Of a DNA stretch of 64,000 nucleotides, positions 1 to 10,460 are shown in pieces. The number at the start of each line of letters is the position of its first letter. Position 1 is the first letter of the stretch. Under the pieces are notes generated by a model. The model saw nothing but the letters and a program-made list of their open reading frames with translations, was not told where the DNA came from and searched no databases. Source of the stretch: Callorhinchus milii (lineage: Eukaryota); the NCBI RefSeq assembly GCF_018977255.1, contig NW_024704743.1, positions 2,358,001 through 2,422,000 on the forward strand, in the 5' to 3' direction. The translations under genes were made by a program, and so were the position numbers.

Positions 1-879
1 AAGAAAGTCCTAATTTTTATACCGCCTCGTGACTTATACTGACATATCAAAGGAGCTGTAGGAATATAAACAAAAAATAAATTGCCCCAGCAAAGCCCCT
101 CCTAAAACCCAAATTCCTCATTTCACGAAGACCATATAATCCTTTTATTTTCAAATACATGCCATAGCTGCGTTGTTATTCTAACGTAATCTGGTATAAT
201 TCTTACAACAAGGAGCAAGTTAAACGTGTTCTGTTGAGATGATTTTTAACTGACATCATACTATTGACTAACCCAAAAAGGATTAAAACTGTCAGAATCC
301 ATCAATTTGTGGGTAATTGTCACACAAAGGACTATTCCGAGTGCCAGCGCTCTTGCTGTAAAACATGCTGTGCTCGTGTTTTGCTTGAAATATAAATTGT
401 TATTATGCTGATTGGTATCTGGGTAGCTCTGCGAGACAGTGATGGACAAAAATCACGGCTTATCATTGACGTGTGATGCAGTATTATAACTTTTTATCAG
501 TTTTAACAATACGCAGTCACTACTCTTCAAAGTAACTCCAGAGAAGGTTCTTTCCGACGTTTTGAAGAAGTCATAACACGCGATATCAAATGCAAGACTT
601 GGTATTATTATGGATTGGAATGGCCCCAGGTCGATAATGTTTGCTTGTCTGAGGGTTAAGAACACAAGAGTCAAGTATTCTGGACGAGAACTCGATTAAG
701 AAACACATTAGTGACCCAGCCGAAATCTCAGACAATAAAAACAGGTCATTTATGCCACGCAACTATTTCGAACTATTAATCCTGATGTGTTTGAGAAACA
801 TCGGGTCTTAATGTGTTGCTAAAAAGGAGTGCTTTTGGCCTATTGCTCCCACAGCTGTAGATTCGCTCTGTTTACGGAG

Positions 880-1579
880 CATTTCAGAGCTTCCAAAGTT
901 TGGCCAATCGTTAAGTTCAGTCTTAACTTTCAAGTCACTTTTCTGTACTTCAAAAAAACTTAGTCTTTGCTAAGCTGAGGGGTCAGCTGCATTGTCAGAG
1001 GAGCCGTCCTTCAGATGAGACATTAAACTGAGATCCCATCGGCCTGACTAAGGGGATGTTAAAGATCCCGTAGCGCTATTCGAAAAGAGAAGGGATTTTC
1101 TCCCAGTGTCCTGGCCAACAATCCCACACATTAAAAAACAATCCACGGCTGTTTGTGGGGTCGCTGCTGGTCGCAATTGGCTGCCGTATTTCGCCCACGC
1201 AACTCAGTCACTACACTTTACAGTGAAGCGCTTTGAGACGTCTCGATAAGGCGCTGTGCCAAATGCCAGGATTATTATTGTTATTGATTTCCTTCTGGGT
1301 AAAGAATTGTTTCACGGTGTTTATCTTCGACTTGCCTTGTAACCCGGGGGTCGATCTGCACCATCTTGCTTTGCTGTCTGAGAGTATTTCGAGGCACGGT
1401 ATTCTCAGCGCTCTGGGACGCTACCCTGCTTGAGGGGTGCTGGATAAATACAAGTTGTTGTTTGTCTTCTTCTGGATCCTGCACATCTCTACAGGGTCCA
1501 CTCTTAAGAACTACAGAAAAACAACTTCAAAGTTCAGACTGAATTCAACAGTTTGCCAAGTTCTGGGCAGTCTGAAATG
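880..1579. repeat. Degenerate inverted repeat (880-951 vs 1508-1579), likely a relic of a palindromic MITE-like element
   Basis: Manual gapless alignment of one arm against the reverse complement of the other gives 54/72 identities. Confidence 0.65.
975..1287 (+). mobile_element. Older Deu-domain-type SINE (SacSINE1/AmnSINE1-like), 5'-truncated
   Basis: GCTGCATTGTCAGAGGAGCCGTCCTTCAGATGAGACATTAAAC...GGATGTTAAAGATCCC...CCCAGTGTCCTGGCCAAC matches the Deu domain as recalled. It shares the 3' tail with the young SINE. Confidence 0.75.
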
Positions 1580-3279
1580 TCACCCGAATAAAATAACATA
1601 ATAATAATAAAATAAATCTGGACTCCCAATCTTGTTTTATTTCTGCTGGTTCAAACTCCCGCATCTACCTTTACGAACCTACGCGATTCTCCTCCGCAGG
1701 AGGCGACGTAAAATAATAAACGCGAGGATTATTATTATTATATATTATTAAACATGGGTCCAACCAGATATATAAAATACATGCATAAATACACGTATCA
1801 CTAAAAAAATATATTTAAAAAGTTCACGTTTTGTATTTCAAAGGTCAAGGGAATTTCTCCTGGTGTCCTGGTCACCAGTCCACCCAATGCAAACGTTGGA
1901 CATTCAGCTCATGGCTGTTTGTGGGACGTCACGAGCCTACGAATACCCAGTCACTACACTTTTTTTTCTCACAGAAAACCCTGTGAAAAGCACCTCTCGG
2001 ATGCGATAAGGCACCATGTCAAATGCTGAGGATTATGAATAATCTAGAGATTAGTTATTCGGTTCACGGTCGCAGAAGCTGCGTTGTAAAGTACAAACAT
2101 CTGTGAAGCTGACAAAACCAGAAGTGTTGCGGTTTTGTGCCGAGTCTCTGATGCGCTGAAACACGTGACCTCAAAGCAGAAGAGAGATGAAAGCCGAATC
2201 CATCCTTCATATCACGCACACGGTGATCACATTTGGATCTTCCTTCCATCTTTCAGTGAAGCAGGTGGGAAAACAGGAAGGAGGGAGCGTGTTTTAAAAG
2301 GTAGTGTCAAGCGTGTGGATTATTAACCTTTTTTCAGCTTTCTTTGATTCAAGACTGCAATTAAGCAGAATGTTCAAAAAAAAAAGGCGAGCGACTGCAC
2401 AGACTTGTTTTTACAGTTCGGGGATGCACATTGTTTATTAATCCATGTTTTAAAGAAGAAATCCATCGTCATCCAGGGGCCTGTACAGTTATAATTACAA
2501 TTTAGAAATCACTGTCTGGCTTTTGCAAGAGACTTTAAGCTTTTTCATCTCTCCTTTAAGCTCACACTACAGATAGATAGAACGTTCAAAGGGAGACTTT
2601 AGTTCAGACATGTTTTGGGGCTCTGGATGTCGATACTTATTGCTTAATGTATCTTGTAATTACCTTATTATGTGGAATCCCCAAACAGTTGTAGTTACAT
2701 CTTAAAACAAGAATTAGAGCACACCTTAATTTTAATCAGAACGCAACACGGTGTGACTTTTTCACAGCATCAACTCAACATTACCCCATTGTTCCTGCTG
2801 AGACCCGAGCCTTCTCCCCACTCCTCCCACCCCCATCCCCACCCCACTCAACCCCACCCCCCCCTTCCCCACCCCAACCCCAGTACATTGTCACATCAGA
2901 AGTGCTCATTACCCACTCGCAGTTACATTTCGTTGTGGACTTCTCACAAAAACGGATTCAATAATAATAATAATAATAATAATGATAATCCTTGCATTTG
3001 ATACAGCGCCTTATCATGTCTTTAAGACGTCTCAAAGCGCTTTACGGGATACACTGTAAAGTGAATTGACTGAGTGTTTGTGGGCGAAACGCGGCAGCCA
3101 GTCCTGTAAATATTGTTAAACATATCACACTGTTAATCTATTGTTTGTAAAACTCACCCCCAACACACAAACACACACACATAAACTCGCTGTGCAACAT
3201 AAAAGCTAACACATTACATAATATTGGCTGCTTCCCTTGTCCAACTTTGGGTGCCTTTGGGAGCCTTTGGGATCTTGGA

Positions 3280-3280
<1 letters not shown>

Positions 3281-3351
<71 letters not shown>
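3281..3351 (+). repeat. (GACA)n microsatellite
   Basis: Perfect tetranucleotide run. Confidence 0.97.
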
Positions 3352-5164
3352 CTGTGTACATTGGGATGAAGGTTCGTTGGTAAAATGGCAGGAGACATGG
3401 AGCCAGTTAGCTGTTAAACCAAGATATACAGAAAGGCTTTAGACAGGATTTGCACAACTAACACCAGCTTCATTTGATTTATGAGTGAAATATTTATAAC
3501 AAATAACAATAATCCTGGCATTTGATTCAGCGCCTGATCATGTCTTCGAGACGTCTCAAAGCGCTTCACAGGATACACTGTAAAGTGAATTGACTGTTTG
3601 TGGGGACGCTGCTGTGCGCAATCGGCTGCCACGTTTCACCCACAAAATACACAGTCAACTCACTTTACAGTCTATTCTGTGAAGCGCTTTGAGACGTCTC
3701 GAAGACGTGATATTATTAAGGATTATTATTTCAGGGGGCCTCAAAAGTCATCATAATTATTGTGTACTAATTGAAGATTGTGGGGCTTCACAAAATCCTA
3801 CGCAATCCCATTTGAACAGAACTTTAATTGAAAGCCAACTTTCCACAGCAATGAAAAAGAACTTCTGTTTTTTTTTACTTATATAAATATATAAATTTTG
3901 AAATCCACAAAAGAGTGCAGCAACCGTGCAACCCACATCGTGCTATTCACGTAGGATTGCTCTTGAAGCACTTTTGGAGTCCTGGAGCTCAGTGGTTAGA
4001 GCTCTCGCCTCGCAAGCGCGAGGACCGGGGTTCGATTCGCGGGCAGGACAGGGCGAAGCACTGGGCAAGTTTCCTTACCCACCCCCCCACCCAAAAAAAC
4101 ACACACATACACACACACACACACACAAACACACACGCGCCTCTGTTTACCGGCAGTCAGTAGGAACCCGGTTGTTAGTCGATTGATGGATTGATTTTCC
4201 AGGGGTAATAATCCCTTCAAAATAAATGAAAATAATTTGGTCCTCTCGCTCGCGAGGCGAGTCCTCTAACTACTGAGCGACAGGACTCCAATCTGCAGGA
4301 CCTAAGATGAAAACCGATCTCCAAACTGCTCAGTCTCTTTGCGATTCAGCAAATTGTTTTTCCACTCGGTTTTTGAACTTGTGTGAAAACCAAATCACTT
4401 GATGATACATGGATGGTGCTGTGGTAAACAATTTAAGTATTTCTTGGCTCCTGTTAAGTCAACCTTAAAAGGTTGCAGAAAACATATAATATATCAAGAG
4501 TATCGATGTTTCAAGCAAATGCCGGGAGCCATGTGCTTTCAGCCACGTATATATATATATATATATGTGTGTATATAGTGCAATGGGCTGCAAAAAAATC
4601 AACATATCATGATTTACTAATAAATTTTGCATTTCAGCTTTCTATTGAACAAAACTCCGTCAACTTAGAAAAAAGAGAGAGAAGGCGTTTGGGGGCATCC
4701 GTTACTTAGCTTGGCTTTGCCTTGAGATTAATGGAGGATGTTTATGTTAATCGTGGCATTTGCTCTCGTGCCTATACAACGTTGAAACTTCTCAAAGTGC
4801 TTCACGAAGATCATTCCCGGGCCACGCGGAGGCTGTATTTGTGGGTCATTGTACTCACAAAGAGGGTCCGTTTTGCTGTAGGTAATGGGATGTATTCATT
4901 TAGATATCGGGGCGGGCTTGCCTTGCGCCTGTAGTTCACATCGTACTGAATTGAGGAAACCTCACTTTAAAAATACAGACGAAACGCCCACAAAATCAAA
5001 TGCGAAGATTATTATTATTATTATTGTTATTATTATTATTATTATTATAATGTCCACCCAAACAGGTGGATGCGACTTTGGTTTTAAACACTGGAGGCAG
5101 CCTGGACCGTAAGTGCGACTTGGGGCTTGAACCCACAACTTTCTAACACAGAGGCGAGAATGGT

Positions 5165-5272
5165 GTACGGGCGGGGAGCGGGACTGATTGGGTGGCTCTT
5201 CCAAAGACCTGGCACAGGCACGATGGGCCCGAAAGGCCTCCTTTTGTGCTGTAATATTCTATGATTCTATGA
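5165..5272 (+). mobile_element. CR1-type LINE 3' end; similar at 9553-9663(+) and 63535-63606(+)
   Basis: ATGGGCCGAA(A/T)GGCCT...TGTGCTGTAATATTCTATGATTCTATGA with the octamer-like ATTCTATG terminal repeat. Confidence 0.8.
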
Positions 5273-6299
5273 ATACTACCAATTCAGCCAAACTGACGCA
5301 CTGTACGAGGTGAGTCGCATGTTGGATTGTTCTGACAACCAACAAACCAGATCACACTGTAAAACTCTTTCACACCAACTTGCGCTCAAGATGCGATCAA
5401 TTCATTCATTTTCAATTCATTTATCTTTCGCAGATATCGATCTAATTTATGGCTTTTGTTGTCAAATCGGATCTGCCAGGAAATGCGCTACAATACAATT
5501 TTATATTTTGTCCAGGGGCTTTCACGTTGGGAGGACGTCCCAAGGCATTGGACAGTCTAAGGTTTTCTCTCCAACGTGATGTTTGTCCAAAGCAGATTCT
5601 CCACGAAAGCCATTGGGAAACTTAGCAAAATCCCTTATTAAGCAATTACTGTTAAGGAACAGTGCAAACTGTACTCCCATTACAAAGCGGAGTCTTTCAC
5701 TCCTGAAATGGGACATAATAGTAATAACTTTTTTCCTTGTCGAGAAATTCTCAATGCTAATGGCTCATTGGCCCCATAGCCTCAACATTTAATCATTCGA
5801 GGAGAGAGTTCAATGTCTCATCCAATCCTGACAAATGGAAACTATCACTTAATTATCAACCTGTTCTTGAGGAAACCTTGCCACAATCCCATCAGACCCC
5901 TCCTTTGTCACAAACATTTAATAACGCTAAAACCTGCGCCTGTGCCTTTTTTTTAAAAAAAAAAACGGGAGTCTAGACATTTGCAGAAAGCCATTTAAGA
6001 TTGCTCAGAGAATTATGTCAAAATGGCCCGCTCACAGTTTCCGAGCTAATGGGCTGATATAGTGCTGGGTTTTAATTACACCGCTGTACAGGTTACATCA
6101 TAATGCATTTACAAATCTAGTCATTTGGCAAAAGCAGCCTGACAGGATGAGAAAGCATTGACTTCACTCGGATTTCACCTCCGTATTTAAGCAGACAAAA
6201 CGCATTCAAGTAAATAACCTGCGCACCGCTCTCACATTCACTGCTCCCCACCCACCCCAGGCTTTTGCAAGTCATTTTCTTCCGCTTCTTACAAGCCCG

Positions 6300-6497
6300 C
6301 AAAATTAATAATAAATTGGTCACTTCAACCCGCGGCTGTTTGCGGGGACGCTGCTGTGCGCCTCTGGCTGCCGCGTTTCGCCCACAAAAGCGACAATCAA
6401 TTCACTTTACGGTGTGTCCTGTGAAGCGCTTTGAGACGTCTCGAAGACGTGATAAGGCACTGTATCAAATGTGAGGATTATTATTATTATTATTATA
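6300..6497 (+). mobile_element. SINE 3' half; further fragments at ~2961-3105(-), 9795-9995(+), 10855-11013(+), 11525-11765(-), 13065-13195(+), 15532-15695(-), 20570-20800(+), 23995-24107(+), 28625-28710(-), 30560-30730(-), 32347-32556(+), 33608-33730(-), 39023-39130(-), 48120-48340(+), 51133-51230(-), 52637-52700(-)
   Basis: Each fragment matches part of the same family consensus (head, body or tail), most of them GGCTGTTTGTGGGGACGCTGCTGTGCGCAATTGGCTGCC... and/or the tail GTGAAGCGCTTTGAGACGTCTCGAAGACGTGATAAGGCGC. Confidence 0.88.
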
Positions 6498-7335
6498 ACC
6501 TTGTGGTGGGGTTTGGTTGTCGGGATTACCATAGAGTTTGAGAACCTCGGCCCAACACTAACCACCACGCTCCCCGCAAACTTCATTCCAATTCCAAACA
6601 ATGTCACAGCATTTTTAACATCCACCCAAACAAGAAGGAGGGACTTTGGTGTGATCCAAAGGCTGGCACCACCTCGAACAATGCCGCGCTCCCCTCCCCA
6701 ATATTGCATTGAAGTATCAGCTTAGGCTTTGAATTCCAAGTCTCGTCTCATCCCGACGTGGGGCTTGAAATGCACTGGGATTTCAATGCCTTGGGACGTC
6801 CTCCCAACCTGGAAGACGAGATTCAAATGTAGTTTTGCGTTGTATTGTTTGACCCAGAAATCAGAGTTGCCACCAACTGACACCTTGGCTCAGAGGCATA
6901 AGGAGCAGCAAAGCTTCTGCTGGCCTATCATTATTATTATTATTATTCATTTTATTTCCAATTCTTTTTATTGAGCAGCAAACCTCACCCTTTTGATTTG
7001 CCAATTGGAAGCCACATTTGTGAATTTGGCTTCTCAGCCCCGAAATCACACTAAATAATTTTCTAAATAGAGAAACGTAACTTTATGCCCTACAAAGTGC
7101 CAAAGGTGTCCAGCATTCTTCGGATGAGCAGGACCAGCCCATCACGATAATCAGCAGTGAGTGATCGCTGAGATTTAGCTTCTATAGTTTGCTTAAAAGG
7201 CATCAGAATTTTTCTGTGGATTCCTCAGTTCACAGGAGGTGAGTTGCAGGATCTGACTTTGTGTTGAAGGTTTCGAGGGTAAAATTGATTGTGTAATGCA
7301 CAACTTTTGACACAGAAAATAGTAGTCAGTCAGAA

Positions 7336-7688
7336 AGTCCTGTAGCTCAGTGGTTAGAGCACTCGCCTCGCAAGCGAGAGGAGCTGGGTTCAATCCCGGG
7401 CAGAGCGAAACATTGGGCAAGTTTCCTTACTCCACACACACTCCTGTTTACCAGCAGTCAGTAGGAACCCGACTGTTAGTCAATTGGTGAATCGCTTTTC
7501 CGGGGATAATGATTCCTTAAAAAAAAGTGGTCGTTCAACCCACGGCTGTTTGCGGGGACGCTGCTGTGCGCGATTGGCTGCCGTGTTTCGCCCACAAAAT
7601 ACACAGTCAATTCAGTTTACAGTGTATCCTGTGAAGCGCTTTGAGACGTGATAAGGCGCTGTGTCAAATGCGAGGATTATTATTGTTA
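7336..7688 (+). mobile_element. tRNA-Ala-derived SINE, near full length
   Basis: A-box TAGCTCAGTGG, B-box GGTTCAATCC, (CA)n, central body, Deu-like 3' part and tail ...AAATGCGAGGATTATT. Confidence 0.92.
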
Positions 7689-8184
7689 TAAATAACTGAA
7701 TGCTGGTAATCTGAAATGATGCAAGCAGGCAAAGGTGAAAACTGTAAGAGATCAATCAGTAAATCTGGAAGAAGAAGAAGAAGAAGAAGAAGATGGATAA
7801 TAATAATAGTGTAGCATTTCAGGTAATACTTTTCACCACAACTAAAAACTGAAGATAAATGATCAAACTTACGATCGTAGTATAATAATCATTGTATTTG
7901 AAATAACACCCTATGACATCAAATGCCTCAAAGCTCTTCACAGAGTTTTTTTATCTGCAAAGTGTAGGCCGCTGTGTATTCATGGGATTACGTATTATAA
8001 CAGATATCTTTGTACTTATCTCCTACTTTGTAAAGCGTCTGAGACACTATCCCACGTGAAGAGCACTGTACACTTAAACCCTGCACTAATGGGGGAGAGG
8101 GAAGATAGAATTTACCACTGAGTGTAATTATAACGCTGGCATTTTTTAAAAAAAACTGGCAAATGACAGTAACATCGTTGAAAT

Positions 8185-8430
8185 TGTTTGAGTCAGGGTA
8201 TTAAGGGATAAGGGGCAAGGGTGGGTAATTGGACTTGAGGTACAGATCAGCCAAGATAATAATCATAATAATAATAATAATAATCCTTGCATTCGATATA
8301 GCAGCTTATCACGGTCAAAGCGCTTCACTGTAAAGTGGAGTGACTGTGAACTTTGTGGATCCAACGATCTTATAGAATGGCGGAACAGGCTCGAGGGGCT
8401 GAATGGCCTACTCCTGCTCCTACGTTTCTG
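8185..8430 (+). mobile_element. Second CR1-type 3' end, interrupted by a SINE tail; related copy at ~33750-33990(-)
   Basis: GGTATTAAGGGATA...GAGGTACAGATCAGCC...GAATGGCGGAACAGGCTCGAGGGGCTGAATGGCCTACTCCTGCTCCTA. Confidence 0.75.
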
Positions 8431-8708
8431 CCCTGTGAGCAGAAGATAGCGAATAATCTAACTTCGGATCGTGGGATTCAAACAATCTGAGCCACGGTCG
8501 ATATCCCTGGCTACTGTGAAGGCCAGCGAGGAGGGAGAGGGCTGCTCAGTGGGGGGGGGGGGGGGTGTTGGTGTGGATGAGCAGAGTTGGGATTCCACAC
8601 ACAGGCTGTGGCAATATTCTTTTAAAAATGCATATTTCTGACCCAGTCCAGCTCGGTTCGAATTCCAGATACCTGGAATCTGCTAAACCCTGAGGTTTAC
8701 TGTATAAA

Positions 8709-8812
8709 GAGTTCTGTAGCTCAGGGGTTAGAGCCCTCGCCTCGCAAGCGAGAGGACCCGGGTTCGATTCCCGGGCAGGTCAGGGCAAGACATTGGGCAA
8801 GTTTCCTCACTC

Positions 8813-8843
<31 letters not shown>

Positions 8844-9116
8844 CTGTTTACCGGCAGTCAGTAGGAACCCAGTTGTTAGTCGATCGGCGGATCGCTTTTC
8901 CGGAGATAATAATTTCTTAAAAACATAATAACAATTGGCCACTCAGTCCACGGCTGTTTGTGGTGGACGCTGCTGTGCGCAATTGGCTGCAGCGTTTCAC
9001 CCACAAAATACACAGTCAATTCACTTTACAGTGTATCCTGTGAAGCGCTTTGAGACGTCACAAAAACATGATAAGGCGCCGTGTCAAATGCCAGGAATAT
9101 TATTATTATTATTATT
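8709..9116 (+). mobile_element. tRNA-Ala-derived SINE, full length
   Basis: Same head-(CA)n-body-(TAT)n architecture as the other copies. Confidence 0.93.
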
Positions 9117-10421
9117 AATACAAGCTTGTTGCTCTGTTCTTGTTCTTACACAGAATGAGCCATGTTATCTGCACCAACCAAAGCTGCCGTAAAACCTGAA
9201 ATGTGCTCATTCACTGTGTTGCTGTTTGTGGGACAGTACCGGCTGCCAACATAAGATATCATATCATAATATGTCATAACATATCACCTGCCAAACATAA
9301 CAGTAACTGCACTTCGAAGTAATTCATTCTGTGAGCATTTGTTTTCATGAATAGCTGGAAGTGACATTCAAAGTGGAATGAGCAACGTTAGAATGAAACT
9401 AGAATGAAGTGATGACATTCAAGGTTTAATAAAAATAATAATAATCTTTGCATTTTATATAGACGTTGCTAAGATGTCTCACAGAGTTTCTCAGGATAAA
9501 CTGTTAAGTGTTTGACTGTGTATTTTTTGGGGGCGAAATGCGGCAGCCAATATCAGGGGAAAGAACGGGGGAGTGCGACTGATTGGGAAGCTCTTCCAAA
9601 GAGCCGGAATAGGTATGATGGGCCGAATGGCCTCTTTCTGTGCTGTAATATTCTATGATTCTAGCCTATTTGCGCACAGCGACATCCCACAAACAGCCGT
9701 GGAGGGAGCGACTGGTTTTATTTTGGGGCAATGTATTATTTGGGGGGATGTTTGTGTTCCGTTTTTTAAAATAATCCCTCCGAAACAAAAAAAATAATAA
9801 ATTGGTCATTTTCAATCCACGGCTGTTTGTGGGTTCGCTGCTGTGTGCAATCGGCTGCTGCGTTTCGCCTACAAATGTACGGTCAATTCACTTGACAGCG
9901 TATCCTGTGAAGCGCTTTGAGATGTCAAGAAGACCTGAAAAGCGCTACATCAAAGGCAAGGATCATTGTCATTATTATTATTATTATTACTATTAAAAAA
10001 GCATAGTAAAAAGGTATGTATTTAAACGTGCGTCCGCCTGATTTATTAACGAAACACTTATGGCAATGCCTGCTGCGCTGCTTTTAAATAAGTCCTCTCA
10101 TGTGAACAAAGTCCCAGGGCAAGGATGGATCCACCCTATTCTATGATTTGAAAGGCAAACAGCTGGCTATTTTAGCAGTGAGCACAGCTCTTACTCTGCT
10201 GCATTTTTGAAGCCCTGGCTGTCAGCACTAGCCGGAGTCCCACCTATCAGGTGTCAGGCTTGTTCCACGATTCCCATCATTTGCCTCGACCCCTTCAGCC
10301 CACTTAAAATACTTGGCTTCCTTTTAATCGGAATCCGCTCAGATTAACTTCCTTCGAGCTGACATTGTTGTTTTTATAGCGTTAACAGTCTGAAACAGAG
10401 CGTGGCGAGTTATCCCAGGAG

Positions 10422-10460
<39 letters not shown>

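Noticed and set aside
8709..8782. tRNA-Ala(CGC)-like cloverleafs here and at the other SINE heads
   Set aside because: The anticodon arm CTCGC-CTCGCAA-GCGAG and the A/B boxes are present, but the acceptor stem is imperfect and each copy continues into SINE sequence. They are SINE heads, not tRNA genes.
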